Of a stretch of DNA of 64,000 nucleotides, positions 8,445 through 17,414 are shown piece after piece. Location of the stretch: assembly GCA_937907455.1 (NCBI GenBank), contig CALESQ010000111.1, forward strand, positions 21,454 to 85,453, read 5' to 3'. The notes under the pieces are model-generated. The model saw only the letters and a program-made list of their open reading frames with translations, did not search any database and was not told the origin of the DNA. Origin of the DNA: an uncultured Caldilineales bacterium. GTDB lineage: Bacteria; Chloroflexota; Anaerolineae; JAAEKA01. Both the position numbers and the translations under genes were made by a program. The number at the start of each line of letters is the position of its first letter. The first letter of the stretch is position 1.

Positions 8445-8603
8445 ATGAGCAAGGTGCAAAAGACGCCCCCTCCCGCTTGTCCACACCCGCCGGTCCGCCA
8501 GTACGCTTGGTTCGCCCGCGACGACACCGCCCCCGCCAGCCAGGTGCTCTGCACCGCCTGCTGCGACTGCGGCGCCGTCCTGGCCGGCCGCGCGACCCTG
8601 TAG
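8445..8603 (+). CDS. small Cys-rich protein (52 aa)
   Basis: ATG 8445 after GGAGAG; CTACCDCG motif. Confidence 0.4.
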   Translation: MSKVQKTPPPACPHPPVRQYAWFARDDTAPASQVLCTACCDCGAVLAGRATL

Positions 8604-8610
8604 CCAGATT

Positions 8611-8639
8611 TGACAACTTTTGCTTTTGGGTGTATAATA
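8611..8639 (+). promoter_or_regulatory. conserved promoter cassette copy 3
   Basis: TTGACA 8611-8616, N17, TATAAT 8634-8639. Confidence 0.7.
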
Positions 8640-8661
8640 CTCTTGACGGTAAAGAGAAACC

Positions 8662-8684
8662 AAATCCGCAAATTTTGCGGATTT
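8662..8684. promoter_or_regulatory. palindromic operator-like site copy 2 (AAATCCGCAAATTTTGCGGATTT)
   Basis: perfect 23-bp palindrome between -10 and RBS. Confidence 0.6.
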
Positions 8685-8709
8685 GACCACCCAACAAGGA
8701 GATGCAACC

Positions 8710-9645
8710 ATGCCGCTGACCTACCACGACAAGCAACGAGCCGCTGTGAACGTCGGCCACGCCCTGGCCGAGCGAGGCTGGAAGCTGTGGGGCTACCACG
8801 AGGACCAGTCCGACAGCATGACTGACTACTATGCCCCCGCCTCTTGGGATGGCATCGCCACCCATACCGACCTGGCCGGCTTTGTGGTCTGCGTCAACGT
8901 CAGCGAGTACGACGCACGTAAGTCCGGCCAACCCGACAGCAAGGGCGTGTCCGTGCCGGCTGAGACCTGCCCTCGCTGCAACGGCGACCGCATCGACCCC
9001 TCTGGCTGGACGCTGGAGCAGGCCCGCCAGAAACCCCGCGAGTGGCACCGGGCCTATGCTGAGCTGGAGGGCATGGGCGAGGGCGTGCGGGCGCTCTTCC
9101 CCGATGTGGTCTCACCGATCCCCTTCTTCGACAGCGGCGAACTCAAGTGCCGCAAGTGCCACGGCGCCGGCCACTTGACCCGCATCGAGACCGTGGCCCT
9201 GCCCACCTGGCCGACCTTCCAGGCTACGCCGCGCGGCAAGATGTGGCACGTCGAGCACGACGGCCAGATCATCGCCTCTGGCACCGGTTTCAACCAGTGC
9301 TACCACATCACGGAGCGACAGAACAAGGCCGGCGTCGAGGCCGTGGTCAACGCCATCCTGGCCGCCATCGCCAAAGCCACTGCCGCCGCCATCGCCGAGG
9401 GCGTCGAGGAGATCAACGCCTACCTAACCGAGACCGGCAAAGAGAAGCCGGAGCCGGGCACTACGGTCTACGAGGTGGCGCAGGAGCGAGACTGGACCTG
9501 GATCAAGTTCGCCAGCCGGCCGGCCAACAGCATCCTGGAGGCCCTGCACGACCGGCTGGACGCCCACTGGTCCAAGAAGCGCAGCGCTTGGTACATCACC
9601 CGCTCCCTGAGCGCCGCCGAGGTGGCCGCCGCCCTGAGCGCCTGA
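8710..9645 (+). CDS. hypothetical protein (311 aa) with two CxxC pairs
   Basis: ATG 8710 after CAAGGAGATGCAACC; frame of ORF 8683..9645. Confidence 0.6.
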   Translation: MPLTYHDKQRAAVNVGHALAERGWKLWGYHEDQSDSMTDYYAPASWDGIATHTDLAGFVVCVNVSEYDARKSGQPDSKGVSVPAETCPRCNGDRIDPSGWTLEQARQKPREWHRAYAELEGMGEGVRALFPDVVSPIPFFDSGELKCRKCHGAGHLTRIETVALPTWPTFQATPRGKMWHVEHDGQIIASGTGFNQCYHITERQNKAGVEAVVNAILAAIAKATAAAIAEGVEEINAYLTETGKEKPEPGTTVYEVAQERDWTWIKFASRPANSILEALHDRLDAHWSKKRSAWYITRSLSAAEVAAALSA

Positions 9646-9712
9646 GACGACCTTTCCGCCGGCCGGGCCGCTCGTGAGCCTGGCCGGCAAAGCAAGCAAG
9701 GAGACCCGACCC

Positions 9713-10072
9713 ATGACACAGCGCTGGCCTGAACCAACAGAAGACGAGCACATCCCCGGCCCGTGGGAAGTGCGCCATGTCACAGTGAAATGGAACGCAA
9801 TCTGCCCCGTAGGGTATGTGACGCGGATAGCCGAGCAGTACCAGGACGAAAGACTTACGCCCAGAGACCATGCCAACGCGCGCCTGTTGGCTGCTGCGCC
9901 GGACTTGCTGGAAGCGCTAAGCGCGCTAGGAAGCGCTATCTATGCGGCTCGCACCATTAGCGCAAGTTCGGACGGAATAGACAACGACGTGTACTACAAC
10001 GGCGCCGATTTCGGCCCTGCCCTTGACATCGCTCGCGCTGCCATCGCCAAGGCCACAGGAGGCGCCGAATGA
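9713..10072 (+). CDS. hypothetical protein (119 aa)
   Basis: ATG 9713 after CAAGGAGACCCGACC; frame of ORF 9674..10072. Confidence 0.55.
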   Translation: MTQRWPEPTEDEHIPGPWEVRHVTVKWNAICPVGYVTRIAEQYQDERLTPRDHANARLLAAAPDLLEALSALGSAIYAARTISASSDGIDNDVYYNGADFGPALDIARAAIAKATGGAE

Positions 10073-10410
10073 TCCCGCCCGTGGCCATCCAACTCGATGA
10101 CCTGCTCTCCCTCCAGCAGACCGGACGCGTGCCGTTCGGTATGCTGATGGCCGACTTCATCTCTGCCAACAGCCCGCTGGCCAGGGTGGACAAAGACAAC
10201 TTCGACGGCAGCGCCGTGGTGGTGGATGGGCCGGCGGCCAGCGACGACGAGCACGTCGCCGGCTTGGTGGACCTGCTGATGACCGTGCTGGGGCCGCGCA
10301 AGCTCAAGCGCCGCGTGCGCGTCTACCAGCAAGGCAGCCAGGGCGGCTGGCGCCCGATCCGCAAGATGGAAGACCTGCGCCGGCCTGAGCCGGAGGAGGT
10401 GATCGCTTAA
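10069..10410 (+). CDS. hypothetical protein (113 aa)
   Basis: ORF track; GGAGG RBS; ATGA overlap. Confidence 0.6.
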   Translation: MIPPVAIQLDDLLSLQQTGRVPFGMLMADFISANSPLARVDKDNFDGSAVVVDGPAASDDEHVAGLVDLLMTVLGPRKLKRRVRVYQQGSQGGWRPIRKMEDLRRPEPEEVIA

Positions 10411-10814
10411 TGGGCGCCCGCAAGGAACACCGCGACGCACAAGCCAGCCGGCGCTACTTCGACCGGATACTGGAAGACCACCGCCGGGCCGGCAACGCCG
10501 ACCAGCGCGCGCTGAACGAGTCCCACCAGCGCCTACTGGACGGCTACGCGGCCCAGGTGGACACCTTGCAAGCCCAGGCCGATACCCTGCGCGGCGACGT
10601 GGGCCGGCTGGAGGCCGAGAAGGCCGGCCTGGCCGAAGCCCTGGAGACCGAGCGCCGGCGCGCTGACCGCATGGCTGGCTGGGCGGCCCAAATGAAGGAC
10701 AACTGGTTGGCCGAGAAGGCCAATCGCCAAGAGTTGAGCCAAATCGTCAGCCTGGCCCTGACGCCTGAGCAGTACCACAACTACCGACAGATCGTGAAGG
10801 AGACAACCCAATGA
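10410..10814 (+). CDS. coiled-coil hypothetical protein (134 aa)
   Basis: ORF track. Confidence 0.55.
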   Translation: MGARKEHRDAQASRRYFDRILEDHRRAGNADQRALNESHQRLLDGYAAQVDTLQAQADTLRGDVGRLEAEKAGLAEALETERRRADRMAGWAAQMKDNWLAEKANRQELSQIVSLALTPEQYHNYRQIVKETTQ

Positions 10815-11002
10815 CCGACTTGACCGACAGCGAGAAGCGCCGCCTGGCCCTGGCCCGGCCGGCCGACCGCAGCCTGGAAGCCTACAAGGCTTGGATACAG
10901 AAGATGGTGCGCGCGATGGGCGGCCCAACTGGCGACACCACCGATGAGGAGTGGGCCGAGCTGCACGCTGAGTTCTGGGCCGGCGCGGACAAAGCTCAGT
11001 GA
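10811..11002 (+). CDS. hypothetical protein (63 aa)
   Basis: ORF track; GGAGACAACC RBS. Confidence 0.55.
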   Translation: MTDLTDSEKRRLALARPADRSLEAYKAWIQKMVRAMGGPTGDTTDEEWAELHAEFWAGADKAQ

Positions 11003-11193
11003 CCCGCACCCGCTGCCCTGCCTGCGCCGGCAAGCTGACCCCGGTCGGCCCGCCGGCCAGGCACGGCGCCTTCCTCGACCAACTGCTCGACTGCCCGGCC
11101 TGCGGCTGGTGCAGCGTGGACTCGGAGATCGCCGACCCCGCCGCGCCGGCCCAGCCGGAGCAACTGGCCTTAAGGCTGGAAGTTGCATCTTGA
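10999..11193 (+). CDS. zinc-ribbon protein (64 aa, CPAC...CPACGWC)
   Basis: GTG start with GTGA overlap; ORF track. Confidence 0.5.
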   Translation: MTRTRCPACAGKLTPVGPPARHGAFLDQLLDCPACGWCSVDSEIADPAAPAQPEQLALRLEVAS

Positions 11194-11218
11194 CATGATT
11201 TGTTTTCGGTTGTAAACT
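11189..11218 (+). promoter_or_regulatory. promoter (TTGACA-N18-TAAACT), divergent variant of the cassette
   Basis: TTGACA 11189-11194, TAAACT 11213-11218. Confidence 0.45.
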
Positions 11219-11253
11219 GGTACAAACACCCAAAAGCAACAAGGAGACCAAGC

Positions 11254-11448
11254 ATGAGACCGCACATCCGACCCACTGTTGAACACCTGTTGGCCAGCGT
11301 CAGAGAGAATACCCTGGCGGCTATGTACCAGGATGTGACCGACAAAGACGACATCTATTCCGACGACCTGGCCCAAGCCATCTTCGACAAGTTGGCCGAA
11401 CGCGTGGGCCACGACGAAGCCAGTCGCCGGCTGGACTTGATCACGTAA
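11254..11448 (+). CDS. hypothetical protein (64 aa)
   Basis: ATG 11254 after CAAGGAGACCAAGC. Confidence 0.55.
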   Translation: MRPHIRPTVEHLLASVRENTLAAMYQDVTDKDDIYSDDLAQAIFDKLAERVGHDEASRRLDLIT

Positions 11449-11460
11449 GGAGACCACACC

Positions 11461-11733
11461 ATGCCCGACACCACCTTCGCCGTCGGTGACAAAGTGACCT
11501 GGACGCACGTCTCTCCTGGCAGAAACGTGATGAGTATGCGCCTGCGAGAAGGCACCATCACTGCCCTGGAGGGCGCCGTAGCCACGGTCCAGCCGCCATC
11601 CAAGAAGACACGCCCAATCCAGATCAACGTCGCTCGCCTGCGCCGGCCTGGCCAGCGCTCACAAATCACCGAGTTCATCGAGGCCGTCCGCACCGCCAAC
11701 GCGCCGGCCCAACAGGAGACCACCAGCTTATGA
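11461..11733 (+). CDS. hypothetical protein (90 aa)
   Basis: ORF track; AAGGAGACC RBS. Confidence 0.6.
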   Translation: MPDTTFAVGDKVTWTHVSPGRNVMSMRLREGTITALEGAVATVQPPSKKTRPIQINVARLRRPGQRSQITEFIEAVRTANAPAQQETTSL

Positions 11734-12155
11734 CACCAGCGAATCCCGACCACCCGTCCTGGGGCGGCAAGCGCAAGCCCCGCCAAGGCAAGAAGATCGG
11801 CCGGCCCCGGATGCACCCGTCCGGCCTGAACCGCTTCTACATCAACCTGTCACCAGACGACCTGGCCTGGCTGGACGAGCACACCGGCGAGATGGGCACG
11901 CGCGCCAGCGTGGTGCGCCGGCTGATCGACGAGGCGCGCCAGGCTGAGGCCGACCCGACAGCCGGCCCGGTCGGCCAGATCAACCTGCTGGCAGGCGTGC
12001 TGCTGGACGAGTTCGGCGGCCCGGTCGAGGGCGACGGCGGCGCCGGCAGCATGGCCGTCCGGCTGCTGCGCGAGCAGCAAGCGGAGATCGAACGCCTGCG
12101 CCGTATGCTGACCTGGCACGAGGACGCGCCCAACCGAAAAGGTTTCGCCGCATGA
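11730..12155 (+). CDS. putative ribbon-helix-helix DNA-binding protein (141 aa)
   Basis: ORF track; GLNRFYINLSPDDLAWLDEH RHH-like segment. Confidence 0.45.
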   Translation: MTPANPDHPSWGGKRKPRQGKKIGRPRMHPSGLNRFYINLSPDDLAWLDEHTGEMGTRASVVRRLIDEARQAEADPTAGPVGQINLLAGVLLDEFGGPVEGDGGAGSMAVRLLREQQAEIERLRRMLTWHEDAPNRKGFAA

Positions 12156-12646
12156 TCCACACCATCTACCCCCACATCAACGCCGCCGGCCTCCTGGTCT
12201 TCGACGCGCCTGAGCACGGCCTGATCGAGGAGCCGTTCGTCAACGGCGCCGACGCCATCATCCTGCGCGCGGTCGAGGAGGCCGGCATCCCCGACCCCGG
12301 CGCCGGCTTCGAGCTGCGCTTCAGCGCCGACCCGGACGCCGGCCTGGACTACCCCTTAGACTGGGTGGGCGGCGAGACCATCGGCGGGCTGGCCGGCAAC
12401 TGGTACTACTCGCCGGACATCGCTGCCGCCGGCTGGCTTTGCCCGGCCCTGCTGTGCTACTACGAGACGCCGCCGAGGCAGCTCTACTTCCAGGTAGCGC
12501 CGCTGCCGGATCACCACAAGCAGACCGACCGGCTGCGGATCAACCGCATGACCGACGGCGAGTTCCGGGCCTACTGTGGCCGATTGGACATCGGCGGAAT
12601 GCTGGAGCTGCTGGCGCGGGTGAAACCCATTAAGGCCGACCCATGA
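12152..12646 (+). CDS. hypothetical protein (164 aa)
   Basis: ORF track; ATGA overlap. Confidence 0.6.
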   Translation: MIHTIYPHINAAGLLVFDAPEHGLIEEPFVNGADAIILRAVEEAGIPDPGAGFELRFSADPDAGLDYPLDWVGGETIGGLAGNWYYSPDIAAAGWLCPALLCYYETPPRQLYFQVAPLPDHHKQTDRLRINRMTDGEFRAYCGRLDIGGMLELLARVKPIKADP

Positions 12647-12927
12647 CCGACAAAGCCGCCGCCCAGCAAGAACTCGAAATGGGCGACAAATACCCCTACG
12701 ACGCGCCTGACTCCTGGCACGACGCCTACCCTAACGAGCCGGCGCCGCCTGCGGTCGATTGGGCGCACCGTGCGGCGCGCGGCGTCATCAGCGACCTGAC
12801 AGACCGGCGCGACATCAAGCGTGGCTTCGAGAACGTAGACGAGGGCACGCGTATAGAAATCGTTGCCGCCCTGGCCGACATTATCCGAACAGCGCACGAC
12901 GCGGTTGAAATCGAGGTCATCCTGTGA
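12643..12927 (+). CDS. hypothetical acidic protein (94 aa)
   Basis: ORF track. Confidence 0.55.
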   Translation: MTDKAAAQQELEMGDKYPYDAPDSWHDAYPNEPAPPAVDWAHRAARGVISDLTDRRDIKRGFENVDEGTRIEIVAALADIIRTAHDAVEIEVIL

Positions 12928-13148
12928 TCGTTCAACTCTCCCCCATTACCTACCAACTTTGCTGTGACTACTGCCGCCAGCCCGTCTCATCGCGTTTCAA
13001 CGACACGAAGTGGCCCACCGTGCGCGGCGGCGTAGAGTGCCCGGAATGCCTAGAACTGGTGGACGAAGCCATCGCCAACGCCTACATCGGCGCGATGCAA
13101 GAAGCCGGCAAGACGCGTCGCCGGCAACTGGCCCAGGAGGCCCCATGA
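12924..13148 (+). CDS. zinc-ribbon protein (74 aa; CCDYC...CPEC)
   Basis: ORF track; GTG start overlapping upstream stop. Confidence 0.5.
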   Translation: MIVQLSPITYQLCCDYCRQPVSSRFNDTKWPTVRGGVECPECLELVDEAIANAYIGAMQEAGKTRRRQLAQEAP

Positions 13149-13597
13149 AAAAAACACTACTGCTGATCTTGCTGCTTGCCCTGCTGGCCGGCTGCGCGCC
13201 GGCCGCGCCGACCGCCACGCCTGAGCCGCGCCTGTCAAGCTGCGAGTACCTGGAGCGCTGGACGCCCTGGTTCAAGATGATGACGGATCGCGCCGCTGCC
13301 GCCTTCGAGGACTACAGCAACGAGAACTTCAACAACGAACCGCTGGAGGCGCACATTTTCTTCCTGGAAACGCTGCGCGACGAAGTTGAGGAGACCCAAG
13401 TCGAAGCCGCCGGCGCGGAGATGCACCGGCAAACCCTGAACGTCATCGACCTGGGCCTGACCGTCTTCGAGACCCTGCGCGACGAGGGGCCGGCCGAGAT
13501 GAGCCGGCCGCGCTTCAAAGAGCTATTCGAGCAATATACCGATGACCTTTGGGAGTTGATGCGGGTCAGCAACGAACTGCGCAAGGGCTGCCCATGA
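13145..13597 (+). CDS. phage-encoded lipoprotein (150 aa; signal peptide plus lipobox LLAGC)
   Basis: ATG 13145 after GGAGG; MKKTLLLILLLALLAGCAP... Confidence 0.6.
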   Translation: MKKTLLLILLLALLAGCAPAAPTATPEPRLSSCEYLERWTPWFKMMTDRAAAAFEDYSNENFNNEPLEAHIFFLETLRDEVEETQVEAAGAEMHRQTLNVIDLGLTVFETLRDEGPAEMSRPRFKELFEQYTDDLWELMRVSNELRKGCP

Positions 13598-13854
13598 TCA
13601 GCGAAAACATCTGGGGCATCCCCATCGCTCCCGGTCTGCTGGCCGCGCTCAAGCCGGGCGCCCGCCTACGCCGCACCATCGGCAGCCTGACCCCTACGCC
13701 GTACACCGAGCTATGGCACGTCCGGGCCATCGTAGACGGTGAATACATCGTTTACCGGGTCTGGAGCCGGAGCCGGCGGCGCTGGCAGTACCGCATCAAA
13801 GACCTGATCTTCTTTCACCTGTGCTGGCAAGACGGCACCCTGGAGGCCCAGTGA
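13594..13854 (+). CDS. hypothetical protein (86 aa)
   Basis: ATG 13594 overlapping upstream stop. Confidence 0.5.
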   Translation: MISENIWGIPIAPGLLAALKPGARLRRTIGSLTPTPYTELWHVRAIVDGEYIVYRVWSRSRRRWQYRIKDLIFFHLCWQDGTLEAQ

Positions 13855-14207
13855 GACAACCCGACGAACTCCGCACCTACCTGGCCGGCCAGCCCGACAC
13901 TGAGACCGCCGCGCGCAACGCCATCGCGGTCTACCGGGAGGCCCGCCTGCACGCCAAAACCGCCGCCCAGGAGTGGGACGCCGTGGCCGACGAAGCCAAG
14001 GCCCTGCTGGGCGAGATCATCGTCGAGACTGGGCGCACGTCCTGGAAGTTCGACGAGGGCAGCGCCTACCTGCCGGCGCCGGGCGTGACGGTCGCTTACG
14101 ACGCCAAGGCCCTGGACGTCCTCTGCGCCAGCGACGACGGGCTGAAGCGCCTGCTCTGGCCGCACCGCCAGGAGCGCGAGCGGGCCGGCAGTTTGACGAT
14201 ACGGTGA
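13851..14207 (+). CDS. hypothetical protein (118 aa)
   Basis: GTG 13851 (GTGA overlap); frame of ORF 13821..14207. Confidence 0.45.
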   Translation: MRQPDELRTYLAGQPDTETAARNAIAVYREARLHAKTAAQEWDAVADEAKALLGEIIVETGRTSWKFDEGSAYLPAPGVTVAYDAKALDVLCASDDGLKRLLWPHRQERERAGSLTIR

Positions 14208-14214
14208 GGCTCCC

Positions 14215-14460
14215 ATGACCAAGAAATACGACGAGACCTCCGACCCCCTCTCCGACCTACCCCAACACCCGCGCGGCATCATCGGCGCGATGTGCGCCAA
14301 CCGGCTGCTAGGCGCCGGCTGGCAGGAGTACGATCACCCCCACCCCGCCTTTGGTACGCTGTGGATGACTCCAGGCGCCACTACCGACGCCTGCTCTCTA
14401 TTTGACCTGGAGACCGCCTACAAGATCGCCTTCGACGCCTGGACCGGGCTGGAAGCCTGA
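14215..14460 (+). CDS. hypothetical protein (81 aa)
   Basis: ORF track; GAGG RBS. Confidence 0.55.
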   Translation: MTKKYDETSDPLSDLPQHPRGIIGAMCANRLLGAGWQEYDHPHPAFGTLWMTPGATTDACSLFDLETAYKIAFDAWTGLEA

Positions 14461-14475
14461 CCGAGGAGACCCACC

Positions 14476-15315
14476 GTGAAACTTGCAAGCATCTTTAGGC
14501 AGGCGATAGAAAGCGCTGAAGAGTGGTATTACGACACCGGCGAGGCGGGCACGGCGAGGCGCGAAGCAGAAGCGAGGCGCAATATGGATCAGGCCAGCCG
14601 CTTGCTTAATGTTCTCGCTAAACAGCATGGACTAGGCCAATCGCCTGCTCGCGACTATGTACCCCCTTCGCCTATCCGAGACTTTTTGCCCTATGGCCGC
14701 GTGTTAGTAAGGGCAATCGAGATGCTGAACGCCCGTCCCTGTGGCCAGTGGACTGTGCAGTGGAAACCAGGCAGTATCATTGTCACCCCTCCGGCCGGCA
14801 CAGAGATCGTGTATCCGTCTGATAACCTCAGCGGATACTTTGGCGATCCCAACGATGAAGACGACCTAAACCGGAGAGCGGAGGCAATGGCAGTGGGATT
14901 GGTGAGGGGCACCAGGTTCGGGATCAACGCGGATACGAGTCGCGACACGATGCACTTCGAGCCTCTGTATTCGTCTCTCATCAAGAAGGACATCTGGGCA
15001 TTGGTGAACAGCGGCGACATCATCCACATGGAGCCTGACGACCCATTTGCCATCGAGACAGTGCGCTTCGTGGTCTACTACATAGACCCACATTCGCTGT
15101 TTCTGGTCAGACAAGACGGCGAGATGCTGTCTCTGAATCTCCCGCTGGACACGGACGAGTGGCGCCCAGCATGGAAGGAACTACCCTCTATCAGCGTCGG
15201 CTGTATCAACGACGATTGCCAGGAATACCGAACCGTCCGGTGTCCTGTCTGCAAGGCATTCATGGATGCAGACCAGCTTCTGGCGCACACTCACTGGGAG
15301 CATGTTCGTTCTTAA
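14476..15315 (+). CDS. hypothetical protein (279 aa) with C-terminal C2H2-type zinc finger; lower-GC gene
   Basis: GTG start after GAGGAGACC; CPVCKAFMDADQLLAHTHWEH; clearly lower GC than flanks. Confidence 0.6.
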   Translation: MKLASIFRQAIESAEEWYYDTGEAGTARREAEARRNMDQASRLLNVLAKQHGLGQSPARDYVPPSPIRDFLPYGRVLVRAIEMLNARPCGQWTVQWKPGSIIVTPPAGTEIVYPSDNLSGYFGDPNDEDDLNRRAEAMAVGLVRGTRFGINADTSRDTMHFEPLYSSLIKKDIWALVNSGDIIHMEPDDPFAIETVRFVVYYIDPHSLFLVRQDGEMLSLNLPLDTDEWRPAWKELPSISVGCINDDCQEYRTVRCPVCKAFMDADQLLAHTHWEHVRS

Positions 15316-15344
15316 CCCGCCCCCCACATCCCCCAGGATCGCCC

Positions 15345-15380
15345 CACAGCCCCCGCAACACGCCGGGGCTGTGTCTTTTT
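15345..15380 (+). terminator. rho-independent terminator ending the plus-strand early block
   Basis: CACAGCCCC-N10-GGGGCTGTG followed by TCTTTTT. Confidence 0.65.
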
Positions 15381-15423
15381 ACGCCCCCACCGCACACAAG
15401 CCGCCCTGGCCCGTCCTGGCGTC

Positions 15424-16401
15424 TCACGCGGCCCGGTAGTAGGCAATAACCTGGCGCAGCGTCGCGTCCAGCCCGTGCTCAGGCCGCCAGCCGATGGCCG
15501 CCTCGATCTTGGTCGTGTCCGGCACCCGGCGCTGCATGTCCTCGAAGCCGGCGTCAGCAAACGCCTCCCCGTAGGGCACCAGCTCAATCGGGCTGTTGGA
15601 GCCGGCCAGAGCGCGCACCCAGTGGGCCAGGTCCAGGATCGTGATCTCCTCGGTCGAGCCGATGTTGAAGACCTGGCCCACGGCTCCCGGCGCATAGGCC
15701 AGGCCGGCGATGGCGCGCGCCGCGTCCAGCACATTGCAGAAGCAGCGCGACTGCATCCCGTCGCCGTAAACCGTCAACGGCTGGCCGGCCAGCGCCTGCT
15801 GCACAAAGCGCGGCACCACCATGCCGTACTGGCCGCTTTGGCGCGGGCCGACGGTGTTGAACAGGCGGAAGACTACCGCCGGCAGGCCGTACTCCCGGTG
15901 ATAGGCCAGCGCCAGGAACTCGTCCACCATCTTGGACGCAGCGTAGGCCCAGCGGCTGCGCGCCGTAGGCCCCAGCAGCGCGTCGTCGTCCTCGCTGTAG
16001 GGCACGCGCGCGCTCTTGCCGTAGACCTCCGACGTGGAGGCCACCAGCACCTTGGCCCGGTAGCGCAGGGCGGCCTTCAGCACCGCCTCCGTGCCCATGA
16101 CGTTGTTCTCGATGGTGTGGACCGGGCGCTGGAGGATCAACTGCACGCCGACCGAGGCGGCCAGGTGGAAGATCACGTCGCACTGGCTGGCCAGCCGGTC
16201 CAGCACCGCCGCGTTGGCGATGGTCTCGACCACCACCTGAAACTGCTCACGGCCGGCCAGGTCGACCAGGTGCTGGACGTTGGCCAGGCTGCCGGTGGAC
16301 AGGTCGTCGATGGCCGTGACGCGCCAGCCGCGGTCGAGCAGCAGGCCGGCCAGGTGGGAGCCGATGAAGCCGGCGCCGCCGGTGATGAGGGCGTGTTGCA
16401 T
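15424..16401 (-). CDS. NAD-dependent epimerase/dehydratase (SDR family; UDP-sugar epimerase/decarboxylase-like)
   Basis: GGAGFIGSHL Rossmann motif; YxxxK (YAASK); 325 aa. Confidence 0.85.
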   Translation of the reverse strand: MQHALITGGAGFIGSHLAGLLLDRGWRVTAIDDLSTGSLANVQHLVDLAGREQFQVVVETIANAAVLDRLASQCDVIFHLAASVGVQLILQRPVHTIENNVMGTEAVLKAALRYRAKVLVASTSEVYGKSARVPYSEDDDALLGPTARSRWAYAASKMVDEFLALAYHREYGLPAVVFRLFNTVGPRQSGQYGMVVPRFVQQALAGQPLTVYGDGMQSRCFCNVLDAARAIAGLAYAPGAVGQVFNIGSTEEITILDLAHWVRALAGSNSPIELVPYGEAFADAGFEDMQRRVPDTTKIEAAIGWRPEHGLDATLRQVIAYYRAA

Positions 16402-16404
16402 GGA

Positions 16405-16770
16405 CTAGTGCTCCTCCGCGCCGTTGCTGTGGTCCCACGGCGCGTAGACCAGCCGCCGGCCGCCGCCCTTGATCGTCTCCTGGCGCACCTGCACCAGCAG
16501 GCCCAGGCGCTCCAATTCGGCCAGCCGGTTGCAGAGCGCGGCCGCGCTGGTGGTGGGGTAGAGCGGTCGCAGGTCGGCGCTGCCCACCGTCCCCCCGGCG
16601 CGCGCCAGCCGCATCGCCTCGGCCAGCGCCGGCGACAGCCGCGCCTCCTGGAGGCCCAGCCACACGAAGCGCGGGTCGTTGCCGGCGTCCAGTCCCCGCA
16701 CAGCGTCCACCACCGGCTGCCCGCCGACGGCGAACACCAACAGCTCAGCGTAGTCGGGTTGTTCTGTCAT
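16405..16770 (-). CDS. putative winged-helix DNA-binding protein (121 aa)
   Basis: rc ATG 16768-16770; LCNRLAELERLGLLVQVRQETIKGGGRRLVYAP wHTH-like. Confidence 0.45.
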   Translation of the reverse strand: MTEQPDYAELLVFAVGGQPVVDAVRGLDAGNDPRFVWLGLQEARLSPALAEAMRLARAGGTVGSADLRPLYPTTSAAALCNRLAELERLGLLVQVRQETIKGGGRRLVYAPWDHSNGAEEH

Positions 16771-16885
16771 AGTTACTCTCCAATCGCCCCGCAACGTGCG
16801 GACTTGAACGCTGCGCTCCCGGCCGGCCAGCAGGATGACCGCCTTCCAGTCGCTCAGGAAGCGCAACAGCAGGGCCGGCTTGGGG

Positions 16886-17092
16886 TCACAGCATAAACCC
16901 TTTCCCGCTGGCCTCTGCCTTGGCCTCGACCTCGCACAGGTAGGCTTGCAGCTCAGCCACCAGCGCCAGGACGCTCACCTGCTTGGGCCGGCCGCAGCGG
17001 GGACAAACGATGGTGATCGTCGCCCCGTCGCACTTGGCCAGCAGCTTGCCGCAGCCGTTGCCGGCGCTGTCCTGGCAGCGGATGTCGGACAC
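16886..17092 (-). CDS. com: Mu Com-like zinc-finger translational regulator (68 aa)
   Basis: IRCQDSAGNGCGKLLAKC...ITIVCPRCGRPKQV matches the Com family pattern IRCxxCxKLL..IxIxCPRC. Confidence 0.6.
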   Translation of the reverse strand: MSDIRCQDSAGNGCGKLLAKCDGATITIVCPRCGRPKQVSVLALVAELQAYLCEVEAKAEASGKGFML

Positions 17093-17093
17093 A

Positions 17094-17294
17094 TTACAAC
17101 CTGGTCGCCCAGAGCGCCGGGCGCGCGCCAGCCAACTCCGCGCGGATGCCGGCCAGGGCGGTCGTCGTAGCCTGTACCGCCGGCAGCGGGATGCCGTCGT
17201 CCAGGGCCTGCTGGCGGTAGTAGTCCAACAGCCAAAGCACGCAGCGCTCGGCGTCGGCCCGGTTGGGTTCGCGGGCGGTGATGAGGATGGTCAT
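17094..17294 (-). CDS. hypothetical protein (66 aa)
   Basis: ORF track. Confidence 0.45.
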   Translation of the reverse strand: MTILITAREPNRADAERCVLWLLDYYRQQALDDGIPLPAVQATTTALAGIRAELAGARPALWATRL

Positions 17295-17340
17295 AGGTTA
17301 ATGTGCATCCCGTGGAACTGGTTTGATGTATTTCGCCATA

Positions 17341-17394
17341 CCCTTTGTGTCTATAATAGGTGAAACAGCTTCTGCGACGAATTTAGTGTACAAT
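17341..17394. repeat. left copy of perfect 54-bp inverted repeat (contains TGTCTATAAT -10-like box)
   Basis: ccctttgtgtctataataggtgaaacagcttctgcgacgaatttagtgtacaat is the exact reverse complement of 19992-20045. Confidence 0.9.
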
Positions 17395-17414
17395 TGGCGC
17401 TCCACCCGTCCCGC

